This document shows positions 18,793 to 30,578 of a DNA stretch of 64,000 nt, one piece after another. The notes under the pieces are model-generated. The model did not search any database. It was not told the origin of the DNA and was given only the letters and a program-made list of their open reading frames with translations. Origin of the DNA: Trypanosoma brucei (taxonomy: Eukaryota); the NCBI GenBank assembly GCA_000002445.1, contig CP000069.1, positions 928,001-992,000 of the forward strand. Reading direction: 5' to 3'. Position 1 is the first letter of the stretch, and the number at the start of each line of letters is the position of its first letter. Both the position numbers and the translations under genes were made by a program.

Positions 18793-20271
18793 ATGGTCTC
18801 CAACGACCCCCAGTTCGCCACTGTCACCATCCTGATACGCAATGCTGACGAGGTCACGCTTCGCGTTCCTATAAAGGAGGATATCACTGTGAGAAGGCTG
18901 GCAAAGGAGGCGATGCAACGTCTGCTCGCTCGTTTACAAGGGAAACAGGAACTCACTCGTGAAACTATTTCCGTTGTGGAGATTTATGTCAACACAGCAT
19001 CCGGCAAGGCTGAGATTTTCGCTCAGGATTTAGTGTCACAGGTGGTGGCTGTGAAGGAAGAGGTGATACATATGAGGTTGCATGTAAAGGAAAACGATAA
19101 TTGTGTGACGGCCCCGGATGCAGATTCTTCATTATCAAATGCCGCTGTGGCTACAACCTCAGTGGTTGATTCCAGCGAGGCATCAAGTCGCGTAGATGAG
19201 GGCGCATCGCCTAAAACGGCTGAGAATCTACAGTCAACAAGGAAAAAGGAATGCAACAATGAAACAACCGGTGCAGATCGGACCCCGAGGATTTCGTGTC
19301 GAAATCTGAACACTACCATAGCAGGGGTTAAGCGCCATGCTTCCTTCGTGGAAGGCGAAAACAAGGATGATAATCGGAAACGAAAGGATCGTACAAAAGT
19401 TGGTGAGGCAGCAAGTGAAAAGGGTGGAAGTGATGTTAATGGCTCCGGTCCCCTCAAACTGCATACTACGCCCTCCACTGTAGTGGTTAAAAAAATAGTT
19501 GGAAAGGAAAAACACAAGAAGGAAAAGAGGACAGCAGGAAAGGTGAGGAAACCTGCAGCATCCGCGAAGGTTTTGCCAATTGAGGGATGTCGGGAAGCGC
19601 TCCGCGGTGGGAGAGAACTTCGTTTGCAGAAGCGATGGCAAGGTCATGGGACTGAGGTGAAAATTGCTGTGAGCGACCGTCTCGGATGGGGTCGGGAGGC
19701 GAGCAAATATTTTCCAGAGAATTACACCACTTCACCCGACAAGATTCCACGATTGATTCGCGAAGCAAAACGACGGGAACAGATGAGGTTGAAGGAAGAA
19801 CGAGGTAGAGCAAATCAACCAGTGGAAGTGCACAATGTAAGTGAGGCTGAAGGACGCAGAAGCGGAACCACCGAGACGCAAGTGGCTGCGAAAACACCGC
19901 AAGACCCCTCGACTTCTGCTGCACCTTTCTTGGGTGAGAAAAATTCAGACGCTGGTCGGCAATCTGGTGAAGGTTGTAGCGCGACGTGTCCAATTGTCGT
20001 GGAGCGGCAACTTTTCAACGATGGAGATGATCTTTTACACACACCTGTCTCACAGCTCGCGCACAATGAGAATCGTAGCGATGAGGTGAAGACGGAAGGT
20101 AAAGAGTTATCAAATCAGAGTGGTGGTACTCCACTCCCTCCGGGATGGGGTAAAAGCGCCATAAAGTACTTTGATGCGAAAACATATTGCGATGATCCCA
20201 CAAAAGCAAAGTTGAGTCCGGATATTTTAGCCATGCCATTACGAGCGGGACTGCGACGTTCGTGCCTGTGA
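18793..20271 (+). CDS. Hypothetical protein (basic, low complexity)
   Basis: ATG-initiated 492-aa ORF on the + strand within the polycistron. No recognisable domain. Confidence 0.45.
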   Translation: MVSNDPQFATVTILIRNADEVTLRVPIKEDITVRRLAKEAMQRLLARLQGKQELTRETISVVEIYVNTASGKAEIFAQDLVSQVVAVKEEVIHMRLHVKENDNCVTAPDADSSLSNAAVATTSVVDSSEASSRVDEGASPKTAENLQSTRKKECNNETTGADRTPRISCRNLNTTIAGVKRHASFVEGENKDDNRKRKDRTKVGEAASEKGGSDVNGSGPLKLHTTPSTVVVKKIVGKEKHKKEKRTAGKVRKPAASAKVLPIEGCREALRGGRELRLQKRWQGHGTEVKIAVSDRLGWGREASKYFPENYTTSPDKIPRLIREAKRREQMRLKEERGRANQPVEVHNVSEAEGRRSGTTETQVAAKTPQDPSTSAAPFLGEKNSDAGRQSGEGCSATCPIVVERQLFNDGDDLLHTPVSQLAHNENRSDEVKTEGKELSNQSGGTPLPPGWGKSAIKYFDAKTYCDDPTKAKLSPDILAMPLRAGLRRSCL

Positions 20272-21407
20272 GGCGTCGGGCGTCAATGTGCAGAAGCATA
20301 AATCGGAAGAAATGTGCGTGTCGGCAGAGGCTTTGTCGCTTTAACATTTCTTTTTTGTTTTTCTTTGTCCGTTTTTTGCTATTCATAACTTGTACGACTT
20401 TTTATGATGGAGATGTGACTTCCGCAGACACAAAACGTGATTCACTCTGAACACAGAAAGGGAGGTGGGTGACTCAGTAGTACGGTGGAACGGATGTGTA
20501 GAGAAGGAAAGGAAAACAAAGAAAAAAGAGAGAGTTTGTGGGGAGGACATGAACAAAGAAAAGAAATATAAATATTATTCAACACAAATTTAGATTCTTC
20601 CTATCTCCCTCTCCTTCTCTCTCCTATTTTCTTTTTTTTTATTTATTTTAATCCTTCTCTTTGCATTCACTTGGTATCTTTCTACTTACACCCTACTGGT
20701 TCAGCGGCGGATTCTATTGTTTACTGCTTACACTCAAACGCAAAATAAAAAAATAAAAAGGTATATATGAGCAAAGCCGGTGACATTTGCGAGAGAGAGC
20801 CTATTGTACTAGTCGACGAAACCGAAAGAAGAAAATCAAAAAAAAACATTGTGGTCAATGTTTATAAATATTGACATCACAACTACTTCCTTGTAACTAT
20901 TACTTGTACGACGCGCTCCTACCTAATACCAGAAGAAGAGTAAATAAAAAACAAAAAGTAAAAAATAGATGCACAAGATTCACACATCACGGATTTGTAG
21001 CCTCAACGGAAGGGGGGTCCCGCTGCAGCTTTTTTTTTTTCGTATCCTCCATACACAAACTACATTTTTACGGGTGTTGTTAAATTTTTTTCAAGTCACG
21101 TTCTGCCGCTTTCTGTTTGTTTCCCACGTTGAGAAAGTTTCTTTTTTTTTTAAATTTTCGTGTGAATTGTGTAACTGTTTGTATTTTTCAATCACACTTG
21201 TCGGTGAAGGTCAATTTGTTGCTCTGGTTCCAAACAACGTGGCTTCGGTGATCTTTTTCTCCTTTTTTGCTGAATGTCTTACCATTTTATTTCTGTTTTT
21301 GTCTTTCCCCAAACTTCCCCCCTTCAAAAAGGCTAGACTGTTTCTCTCTAATTCAAAGGTGTGTGTGTTGAGGGGGAAGTGAAAATATAAGAAACATATG
21401 TTTATTT

Positions 21408-23054
21408 ATGGAAAGCACCATCATGTCTATCGAGACGGTGTGCATCAGTTTATACCAATGCTCCCCATCGCTCACGACGTGTGAAGAAAAAACAAGAAAG
21501 GAGGAAGGGGAAAGGGAAGAGGAAGTGGAAGTGGAGATATCTGTCCCTCATTTATGTGGTCACTCTTTCCGAATTGAAAAGAAGGATCATCGTGGTGATG
21601 TTCTCATACCCTTTAAAAAAGGATGTACGACTTATAGGGAGTTGGCTACAGGCCTCGCGTTCCGGCTGAATCAGTACTTTGTTGTTCACCCCTCCGACTC
21701 ACGGCAACCCCATCGGCCGGTGAGTGGATTACATAGCCGTGCCTCATCATACGGGCGTGTTGGTGCCGGTGGTAGGAACTGTGGATGTTGTTTTCGGGGT
21801 GGGTACTTTTGTGTTTTGTGTGGTGGAGAGGAAACCAGCGATGGCACAGTGCCTGGTGCGTCAACGACTGCGGAAGCCCAAGAAATAATGGAACAATACC
21901 CGCAGGTTGTGATCCGTCACTTTTTGAGGGTTTCTCAACCTGGAGGAAACGGTGATGCCCTTAGTTATGAGGTGGTGGGGGATGATTGGAAGGTGGAGGA
22001 AAGGCATATCTGCTGCTTTTTCTCCCTTGTTAGCACGAAAGGAGTTGGGGTGAAACGACCGGTTCGTACTGTTGATGGCCGTACCATCCGGCCGAAGGTT
22101 GGAAACGATCACCTGGAGAAATACGATGGGGAGTGTTCATTGGCAAGGAGTGAGAAACATGTTGAGGAGACCGGTTATATTGAAGTGAAAGCGGGTGATC
22201 GCCTGTTGCGTATCGCGTACACCGATAACCTTCTCTTCGAAGATGTGGTAGATCGGTTGAGGAGGCGAAACCTACATGTGCAGCGCCTCTTTGATGGGTT
22301 AACTGGTGCGAGCATTTTGCCGTGTGAGCTAGTAAGGCACTTCAAAGGGCGATTAAGGGCGCTCTGCGCGACCGTTGCATCCCTGTTTTCCGGGTTACCT
22401 GTGACACAAGGCGTCAGTGAGGGGGCGAAGCGCCGACGCGAGTGGAGCGATGGTTTAGATGTGGGAACAATTATTAGCGTATCGGAAGAGAGATTTTATG
22501 AGGGCAGCGGCGGGAAGGTTTTGTTGAGTAGTACCTCACCTGAGTGCGAGACGTTGGTGTACGATGAGGCGGACGGTAGCGGTTTGTGGACCGCGCAACA
22601 ATTACGGCAACAAACTGTGTTCGAAATATCGGATGACAGCAGCACAGCTCACTCACTACCGGATCCGCCACAATCCCGCGGTTCCACTCGTAGTTCCGCT
22701 GCGTCAGCAAAGTGTAGTGACGATTTCTCAAGAACGCCCCACGTCGGAGACGACATTCTTCCTTCGTTGCTTGCGGCTGAAATCACCCTCACACAGATGA
22801 AAAGAAGATCTTCAGAGGCACAGGGCACCTCCACGGACACATTATTGACTCTGAGGGATCAAGACGTCTTAGATGATAAAACATCCACCTTGAGTTGTAC
22901 GGGTGAGGATAATGAAACTGACGGTGATGCTGAGTGCGAAGTTCCATTGCCAACCAATGAAGCTGATTTCATTACAGACTCTTTTATCATGGTTACTCAA
23001 CAGACCCTTCCGGAAATCTACTTCGATAATTCTGACGAAGAAGAAAATGAATAA
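21408..23054 (+). CDS. Hypothetical protein
   Basis: ATG-initiated 548-aa ORF, co-directional with its neighbours. No recognisable domain. Confidence 0.45.
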   Translation: MESTIMSIETVCISLYQCSPSLTTCEEKTRKEEGEREEEVEVEISVPHLCGHSFRIEKKDHRGDVLIPFKKGCTTYRELATGLAFRLNQYFVVHPSDSRQPHRPVSGLHSRASSYGRVGAGGRNCGCCFRGGYFCVLCGGEETSDGTVPGASTTAEAQEIMEQYPQVVIRHFLRVSQPGGNGDALSYEVVGDDWKVEERHICCFFSLVSTKGVGVKRPVRTVDGRTIRPKVGNDHLEKYDGECSLARSEKHVEETGYIEVKAGDRLLRIAYTDNLLFEDVVDRLRRRNLHVQRLFDGLTGASILPCELVRHFKGRLRALCATVASLFSGLPVTQGVSEGAKRRREWSDGLDVGTIISVSEERFYEGSGGKVLLSSTSPECETLVYDEADGSGLWTAQQLRQQTVFEISDDSSTAHSLPDPPQSRGSTRSSAASAKCSDDFSRTPHVGDDILPSLLAAEITLTQMKRRSSEAQGTSTDTLLTLRDQDVLDDKTSTLSCTGEDNETDGDAECEVPLPTNEADFITDSFIMVTQQTLPEIYFDNSDEEENE

Positions 23055-23441
23055 TGTCACACACGCTACTTAGTGAAAAGTTATGCGCGTTTGTTAACTT
23101 CACCATGCGACTTGGTGCTATTATATGCCCTTTGGGGTCGTGTAATGGAATTGGGCTTTGGTGCTTTGTTATTGCTTAAGTTGTGGAAAATGGAGAGAAA
23201 CTTCCTCTTTTTATGGAGTCAAAAATTTCACTCCATATTTATTTACACTTCATCCGAGCTCGTTGTGAAGTCCTCAATAATTGGCGTTGCGTGCACTACT
23301 GCTGTGCTTTCCTATTTTTTAATAATTGTAATGTTAAATATTGTACCTACTTTTATTTTGCTCTTGTGCTTCGCTTATTCTTTTTTGGCATGTTCTGCTT
23401 GCTTGGAACTATCACAGAAACAATTCCTTTGGAACTATTGT

Positions 23442-23777
23442 ATGCTTCGTAGGAAAGGATACATTGGACGACAGCTCCGACCCTCTCAACTCGCTAAGGA
23501 GTTATTGGATCCAACAGATCAGCTATGGTGCACCACGTGCCACATGGCTGTACAGAAGAAAATCTGGCAGGAGCACAAACAGTCGCGTAATCACACACTA
23601 GCTGCAGTAAAACTTAAGAAAATGAAGCGTCTTTCGCTTGATATGTGGGAAAGGCACCGCGGAGCTCCACTTCACGAGGAAAGCGGCCGCGAGGTGGACA
23701 TAGAGAAAGAGTTTCAGCGCTTTCGAGCTGAGCAAAGGGAACGGGAGGGGTATGATCGGTATTCCTCTCCACACTGA
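23442..23777 (+). CDS. Small U1/matrin-type C2H2 zinc-finger protein. The N-terminal boundary is uncertain.
   Basis: C-terminal motif WCTTCHMAVQKKIWQEHKQSRNHTLA (C..C...H....H). The ORF-track start at 23073 is GTG. The upstream portion translates a pyrimidine-rich hydrophobic leader (FLFLWSQKFHSIFIY), so I anchored the CDS at the ATG at 23442, immediately before the finger domain. Earlier in-frame ATGs exist and cannot be excluded. Confidence 0.4.
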   Translation: MLRRKGYIGRQLRPSQLAKELLDPTDQLWCTTCHMAVQKKIWQEHKQSRNHTLAAVKLKKMKRLSLDMWERHRGAPLHEESGREVDIEKEFQRFRAEQREREGYDRYSSPH

Positions 23778-24232
23778 CATTGCTACTGGTTGTTTTTTTT
23801 TTCCGCTGACACCACAATTTCGGATACTTGTTTGTTAGCGTTGTTTGCCTGCTTTATGGATGTTGCACCATATGTATCCGTACAAAGTTTTCTTGAGCAA
23901 ACCGGTGTGAACACAAGCGCCACATGGAGAGAGCAGAGGGTGGTTGTAGCAGTGTTGTCTGCTGCAGTTCGGTCATTCCGTCCTTCCACAGATTGCTGCT
24001 GTGCTCACTTGTTTTTCTTTACTTTTGTAGTGGCTTATTCTTTCCTTCTTGCACGGGAAGTTAGTTGTGTATTTCCGCTCGCTCATGTATGTACGTGTAT
24101 ATTCAAGTATGTGTGGATTCGTGTGTATGTGTGCCCATCTGTATTCACAGTTGTAGAAGCTCAATTATATTTCATTTCACCATTCCTCTTATTTCTTTTT
24201 TCTCAAACAATGACAGCAGCGTAACAAAAAAT

Positions 24233-24766
24233 ATGCAACAGCCGAAAGGAATCAACATCCTCATCACAGGTACCCCGGGAACGGGCAAAACCTCGCTCGC
24301 TGAGCTGTTGGTGGAAGAGTTGGAGGGATTTTCACGCATAGATGTCGGAAAGGTTGTAAAGGAGAATGAATTCTACACTGAGTATGACAAAGAGTTTGAC
24401 ACCCATGTTATCGATGAAGATGATGAAGGTCGTTTGTTAGACTTCATGGAACCAATCATGGTTCAAGGGGGAAACCATGTCGTGGACTACCACTCCAGCG
24501 AACTTTTTCCAAAGCGCTGGTTTCATCTCGTCGTTGTGCTGCGAACTTCTACGGAGGTTTTGTTCGAGCGGTTGATGGACCGTAAGTACGGTGAGCTGAA
24601 ACGTAACGAGAACATGGAGGCTGAAATTCATGGCATATGCGAAGAGGAGGCGAGAGGTGCTTACGATGAAGATATTATTATTGTGAGGGATAATAATACG
24701 CTGGAAGAAATGGCGGCGACAGTTAGTTTAATTCAGTCACGCGTCGGTTCCATTCAGGCAGTTTAG
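24233..24766 (+). CDS. AK6: Adenylate kinase isoenzyme 6 (AK6/Fap7/hCINAP homolog)
   Basis: The N-terminal P-loop INILITGTPGTGKTSLAELL and the overall ~177-aa architecture match AK6/Fap7. The ORF-track N-terminus (MCISARSC...) translates a spacer, and the real start MQQPKG is at 24233. Confidence 0.8.
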   Translation: MQQPKGINILITGTPGTGKTSLAELLVEELEGFSRIDVGKVVKENEFYTEYDKEFDTHVIDEDDEGRLLDFMEPIMVQGGNHVVDYHSSELFPKRWFHLVVVLRTSTEVLFERLMDRKYGELKRNENMEAEIHGICEEEARGAYDEDIIIVRDNNTLEEMAATVSLIQSRVGSIQAV

Positions 24767-25076
24767 TGACTAGCAGTAGTTTGGCATCCGTGTAAAGCTT
24801 TTGTTCGTGAGTAACGAGACTGTTAAGGTAAGAGTGTAACATGAAATAAGGGAACTAGCGATTTTTTTAATTGTGGATTTATCTACTTCAGCTTATGTGT
24901 GTCTCAAGGATTTTTCGATACTTTCTTTTTTTTAAAAAAAAAATCTCTTCAATTCCTTCTCCCCCAACCCTCCTCTACTATTTTTATACTACTAAACTGG
25001 TAAGCGCGAGGGGAAAGAGGACGAAGAAATTTTTACTGTGCTTATAGGGTTTGTTCTCCTTTGTTCGTAACAAATA

Positions 25077-28000
25077 ATGCCAGTTCGACAGAAGTATCCA
25101 CCGGTGGGGTGTAACATGAATGATACTGGATACCCGTTTAGAGGCGACTACAAGCTTCAACCAGCACTTAATCATGGCCATGCCGGCGCCATTCGAAAAG
25201 AGAATACGACACTGATGCTCCGCATCACAGGCTCCAATCTTGCCATAGAAAAACTACAACCAAGCAAAGGGCAAAAGTTGCAGTGCGAATTGAGTATAGA
25301 TGACGGTATTCCAAAGTCGATCAACTTCCCCTCGGGATGCGGCGTGGTGCCAGTCCCGGCGGATGGCCATGAGTACAACCTCACCGCTATCGTGCACGGT
25401 GCAGGAGTGAAGCACTACTGCAAGATGTCACTTAACGGAACGGAAGGAAAAGGTATTTTCCGACTACGTGCCCCATCGGACTCATTTGCTGCGGAAAATA
25501 TTAGGCTTTGTGCCGATGGTGATGTGATTTATCCATCTGGGGGGTGGTATGCAATTCCGATTCAGGCGAAGGAATGTTCTCTTGAGTTTGTCGGTAGGCA
25601 GGCAAGTAGACTGGTGCCGACCCAACCTTTATTTCATGCAGTGGCTGAATCCTCAACAGTTATGATCCAGTGTACCGCTGGAACTACTGATAACGCAGTA
25701 ATCTACTGCAGCGGAAGCGGAGAATCCATTAATGTTGTACAGGACCGTCCAGTTCGACTTTCCCTGGCAAGTGGACCGTTCACTTTGCTCCTCCCGCGGA
25801 CAACTCCAGGAGCGGCGCAAGTACGACCATCTCACGTGCCCAACACCCCCTTGCAGCCGCCACCATCTGATTCTTCGGTGCATCGCGTACCAGAGGTGGA
25901 AACCTCAACAATTGATTCCCCGGAAGGGCCCAATACTCCACCAATTTTTGTTACCACAGCAGATGGGTTCATGATTGAATTAACTGGTGACAATGGCACC
26001 TCAGCTGCCGGATACGGAAGAGTTCAACTTCCCCTTCCCGACAGGATGACTCACCGCGTGCAGATTAAGGTTAGTGACATGACCGGTCGGATCTACTTGC
26101 GGCAGACTGCTGTGGTACCATCAACACAACCACCTCCACTAACGTTTAGCATTACAAAAGATGCCGCAGGAGCCCATATGGTTAAGGGAAGCACGTTATC
26201 TCAGATAAGCGTTGATAATCAACCTGTTGTTAGCGGTGCTGTTGGTGCCTCCATTACGGATAATGCACGTCATGTTGTAACAGTGAGGGAAGGATCAGCT
26301 TCTGCGGTGTTCGAGGTTGTAGCACAACCAAGCGCTGCTGCTGGCCCCGTTGCAGTGCGACAGGAACCCCAACCGGCGGTTCCTTCCGGTGGGACACTCC
26401 TGAACAGTGAAACCTGGGTTAACGAACTTGCTAAGGCTTTGCAGTGCACAGACATCAATGATTGTCGTCAAGGGGTGCAAAACATTATACCAAGGAGCCC
26501 GGAGGCCACAGTGATTTTAGGGTTTGTGTCTCAGAACCTCTTCAAAGTGGTTCCTACAATTTCCTTTTCGAGGGAAGGTGACAGCGTATCTGATATTCAG
26601 TGCCCTGGACATACCATAACTGCGTCCATAAACAATGGTGCGCCGTGTACTTTGAGTGGTGTGGCGAGTATTCAAGTCCCTTCTGGTCATAAGGTTACCC
26701 TTTCTGCCCTTTCTCCCTCCACAGGTCGCGTTGTTGCCTCGTGTTGTGCACATTACCCGCCAGCGACTCAAAAGAACCTTGACGAGCACCTGGTTGCTCG
26801 TTTACTGGAGCTGTTCCAGCGATGTAGCCTTAATCCTGAAGCTGTTCTTGCAGAACTACAAAACATAACGCAACCCCAGTCAGCGGTCGGTCAACAACTT
26901 GTTTCGTACTTAATTGGATGCTTCCGTCGGTTGCTCGAGTGTTTCCAGCGTCCCATTAATTTGTTTGCTGGGGACACTCTTCCGAATGTGCAACTCCTTG
27001 CGTATGTGGATGACCAGATCCCGAAAGAACTAACGGTTGCATCTCCGGTTACAGTGTCATGCGCAAACACCAACGTCCGTGTTTCTGCTCGTGAACCACC
27101 TGCGGCGGCACTCGCAACTCGGGGTGGGGTTATTCACAAATTGGTTGAGGCGTATCGTGAGAACGCACCAACAGAACTTATGGCTCAGTTGATGGTGATT
27201 TCCCCCACTGATCCTGATGAACGTGCATTGGTTGATTTGCTCAGCCGCGTGCTGAAGGACTACGAGGCCAAACTTAAGCGGGAACGGGACAATGTGATCA
27301 GCTCGACCGCCGCAGATTATTTACAGTTTTCGTGTGACGGTGTAACCATGGAAAACATTCGCACAAGTAATCCCTGTCAGTTGAGTTTCGAGGTGGATGG
27401 AACGGGTTTCGTCGCCCTAGAGCAGGGAGGACAGATACCACAAGGTTATTCATTCCCAGCAGGTTCAACTCATTGTGTGCATGTTATTGCCCGTGATACG
27501 GCAAGTGGGGCGCTGCGCGCGGAGGCGTACATCACTTTGAAGGGAACGAAATGTGGACCATCCACTATGTCTGCGCCCCAGAACGAAGCACTGTTCCTTG
27601 ATGCGAGTGTGATGGTGGTAATGGAAGAAATACATCTAAGGTTGTTGTGCCCACCAACGCTCTCACTTAAATGTGAGGTGGATGGCGGTGGCGACGTTGT
27701 CGGCACCAAGAGCTCTGAGTTTATGGCAAGGATGAACGCCTCATCTATGCATAACGTTAATGTGCACCTTATCGACGAGGTCGGGAATGTCGTCTTCCGG
27801 CAGAGACTCGCAGTCCCTCCAATAGCAATGGTACAGTGGGCTCTACGCCTCGATAGCAATTCGCTTTACGTCGACTCCACCACCGCCTCGTGCACTTCAT
27901 TCCTCACATCTTCACTTAACAGGTGTCCCGAAAAGGAACTGAATGGTCCGCTGCAACTGGATTGCAGTGGGCCACAAACCGTCGTTTTGCGGAAATACAC

Positions 28001-28316
28001 ACTTGGGGCGGTCCAAGGAAGGACATGCGTGGGTGAAATGTATATGATGATTCCACCATTTGTCGACGCTACGCACCTGAAGGATTTGGCGCAGATATAT
28101 CGAGAGGCATCTCAACTTCAAAGTGACGAACTACAAAGGCGCCTGAATGAGGTCCGCGCTCAAGTTCCAATGGGCCTAATGAAAGACCTCATCACTGTTT
28201 TGATGGAAAATACAGCAGGTGCCTTCAACGCGAGTATTCGAAGTGTAGGTCCTGACCGCGGCCCCCGTGTTCACTTCAGGATAAGTGGCGATGAGACAAA
28301 GTTACTTAGTGATTGA
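25077..28316 (+). CDS. Hypothetical protein (1079 aa)
   Basis: ATG-initiated long ORF in the array. No recognisable domain. Likely kinetoplastid-specific. Confidence 0.5.
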   Translation: MPVRQKYPPVGCNMNDTGYPFRGDYKLQPALNHGHAGAIRKENTTLMLRITGSNLAIEKLQPSKGQKLQCELSIDDGIPKSINFPSGCGVVPVPADGHEYNLTAIVHGAGVKHYCKMSLNGTEGKGIFRLRAPSDSFAAENIRLCADGDVIYPSGGWYAIPIQAKECSLEFVGRQASRLVPTQPLFHAVAESSTVMIQCTAGTTDNAVIYCSGSGESINVVQDRPVRLSLASGPFTLLLPRTTPGAAQVRPSHVPNTPLQPPPSDSSVHRVPEVETSTIDSPEGPNTPPIFVTTADGFMIELTGDNGTSAAGYGRVQLPLPDRMTHRVQIKVSDMTGRIYLRQTAVVPSTQPPPLTFSITKDAAGAHMVKGSTLSQISVDNQPVVSGAVGASITDNARHVVTVREGSASAVFEVVAQPSAAAGPVAVRQEPQPAVPSGGTLLNSETWVNELAKALQCTDINDCRQGVQNIIPRSPEATVILGFVSQNLFKVVPTISFSREGDSVSDIQCPGHTITASINNGAPCTLSGVASIQVPSGHKVTLSALSPSTGRVVASCCAHYPPATQKNLDEHLVARLLELFQRCSLNPEAVLAELQNITQPQSAVGQQLVSYLIGCFRRLLECFQRPINLFAGDTLPNVQLLAYVDDQIPKELTVASPVTVSCANTNVRVSAREPPAAALATRGGVIHKLVEAYRENAPTELMAQLMVISPTDPDERALVDLLSRVLKDYEAKLKRERDNVISSTAADYLQFSCDGVTMENIRTSNPCQLSFEVDGTGFVALEQGGQIPQGYSFPAGSTHCVHVIARDTASGALRAEAYITLKGTKCGPSTMSAPQNEALFLDASVMVVMEEIHLRLLCPPTLSLKCEVDGGGDVVGTKSSEFMARMNASSMHNVNVHLIDEVGNVVFRQRLAVPPIAMVQWALRLDSNSLYVDSTTASCTSFLTSSLNRCPEKELNGPLQLDCSGPQTVVLRKYTLGAVQGRTCVGEMYMMIPPFVDATHLKDLAQIYREASQLQSDELQRRLNEVRAQVPMGLMKDLITVLMENTAGAFNASIRSVGPDRGPRVHFRISGDETKLLSD

Positions 28317-29189
28317 ACAGCGCATTCGTAGAATATTTCTCTGTGTTTGCCTGTTCCCCCATTCCCTCTTTGTCTCTACTAGTAGACGCAATCGTAGTGG
28401 AGCATTTTTGTCATTACAAGAAGGAAGACGTAAAAAAAAGAGAGAGAAATAAACAATGAGGTGACATAGTAGCAAACGGGCAGATGCTCTTCAAGGCTCA
28501 CTGTCTTCTCAACACCATAGATGATGTCGTCAAGCATTTTTGAAATATCCTTCCTTTGTGTGGCATAAATGTTGTTATGCAAGAGTAAATTACAATTCAT
28601 TAGCGTGCTTACTAGCGCATCGCAAACGAAAGCAGCAATTACGGTGTTGTGGGTAAAATATAGTGTCGGGTAACATCGTTCCTGCTGGTGTTTAGATCAA
28701 TCAATATAGAACAAGGCAATACTGTTCGCTCACGAGCGGTAACTCATAAGTGTGAAGGTAAACAAAAAAAGCAAAAATTTCTGAAAAAAATTATTAGCAG
28801 AGTGTCAGAGAGCCAATATGCATTATTATCACAGGATCTGCAGTGTGTTTCCCCCCTTCTCTCATTATTTTGGTCTTTTCGTTACACTGCAGTTCGGTTA
28901 TTGCGCCGCTTAAATGACGTCTGTTTTCTTTTTTCTTTTGTATTCCACTGGCTGTGGTTGGCATTGCTTTTGACTATGACTTGCCTCCGGCTCGGTCTTT
29001 TCACATCCAAGCATCTCTAATTTATGCGAACTTCTTGCACTACTGTCAATGTTTTTTCCTCACCATTTCCTAACACCACACATTGAGGGTTCAACTACTC
29101 CGAAAAAAAAATAACGATGATGATATTGATAATGACGATGAATACATCGAAACATAAAGCATGTAGGGTGAATTTGCACAGTTTTGCTT

Positions 29190-30578
29190 ATGGTACGCAG
29201 CATTCGCTACAGCAGACCCAAGGCGGCGCCCCCTGAGTTGTTGATTGACTTCCTTTGCTGCCGTTTTCCGTACCTTACGCGCAGTGCGTGGGAACAACAC
29301 GCAAGGGACGGGCACCTATCGGTAATAAAGGCCGCTAGAGACAGTTGTGGAGCGGGTGATAACCGTCATGGCGTCGTAGTTCCAATGGATTACGAACTAC
29401 AGCAAAATGACGAAATATGTTTTAATCCCCCACGTCACTTAGAACCCGACATTAACGAACACGTCGTCGTTCTTCACAGTGACGAGGCTCTCCTCGTTTG
29501 TGTCAAAAACGGAAATCTCCCCGTGGCTGAGGGTGGTCGGTATAGTGCCAACACTTTGGTAGGTGTCCTTCAGCGACTGGCAGGAAACTTCACATGGGAG
29601 ACGGCAAATGGTACAGCGGAAATGTGTCTCTCCAAGGCGACAAACAAGGAAACGTGTGGCCTGAAGGTTAATTATTACCCTGTACACCGACTTGACAAGG
29701 AAACGTCAGGGCTTGTTGTGCTTGCCAAGAGCGCAGATGCGGCAAGGATTCTTTCTGGACAGTTTGAAAGGCAATCTCAAGTTTTGAATGCACAATTAAC
29801 AAAATATACTGGGGGTGAATCCCTTACGGTTGTTACCTCTTCACAGTTCGACGAACTTATAACTATGGATAAGTCAGTTTCTAAGTCATATATTGCAGTT
29901 CTTGATGGATCCGTTCCAGAGGGTAATGAATTTATTGTATGTAACCGCGTTGGTTTACTCTGGGAAGAACTGAAAGACTCTATGAAAGATGCGGAGAAAC
30001 ACACCAAACTAAAGAAATTAAAGATGGCGTGTTACCACGCTTCGGTAGGAAAAAATCAACAACTCTACGGGCGACCAGCATGCTCTCGTATTCGTATCCT
30101 TAGTAGCAGTGATACCCTCCGAGTCTCCGTAGCTCGCGTAGACATTCTGACAGGGAGGACTCACCAAATTCGCTTACACTGTGCGCAGATTGGCTTTCCT
30201 GTACTTGGCGATAAGTTGTATGAAACATCGACTCCTGGCAGGGTGGGCGGTTTGCATGCTGTCGCTGACGATATATATCTCTACCGTGCCAGAGAAACTG
30301 TAAGCATGTCGTGGGGAGTGGAAGGGATGAGCGTGAAACGCCACTTGTTGCATGCCGCCATACTTACCTTCACTCATCCAACCACGAGGGAAAGGTTGGA
30401 GTTCTTCGCGGCCCCACATGAGTGGTTCCTTAGCGATGTGGAATGTGATGAGGCAACAAAACTGGAGGAAAATAAATCCGGTACAGAGATTTTGCGGGAC
30501 CTCCTCGATAGGGCTGTACGTGGCTTGGCATCCCATCGTTTCCAAGAAAAGGTTATCACTACCTTCTGTTATCAGTGA
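29190..30578 (+). CDS. RluA-family pseudouridine synthase
   Basis: Catalytic motif YYPVHRLDKETSGLVVLAKS (HRLD with the catalytic Asp) and GRTHQIRLHCAQIGFPVLGDKLY, both typical of RluA/TruC. The ORF-track start is TTG, and the first ATG is at 29190. Confidence 0.8.
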   Translation: MVRSIRYSRPKAAPPELLIDFLCCRFPYLTRSAWEQHARDGHLSVIKAARDSCGAGDNRHGVVVPMDYELQQNDEICFNPPRHLEPDINEHVVVLHSDEALLVCVKNGNLPVAEGGRYSANTLVGVLQRLAGNFTWETANGTAEMCLSKATNKETCGLKVNYYPVHRLDKETSGLVVLAKSADAARILSGQFERQSQVLNAQLTKYTGGESLTVVTSSQFDELITMDKSVSKSYIAVLDGSVPEGNEFIVCNRVGLLWEELKDSMKDAEKHTKLKKLKMACYHASVGKNQQLYGRPACSRIRILSSSDTLRVSVARVDILTGRTHQIRLHCAQIGFPVLGDKLYETSTPGRVGGLHAVADDIYLYRARETVSMSWGVEGMSVKRHLLHAAILTFTHPTTRERLEFFAAPHEWFLSDVECDEATKLEENKSGTEILRDLLDRAVRGLASHRFQEKVITTFCYQ

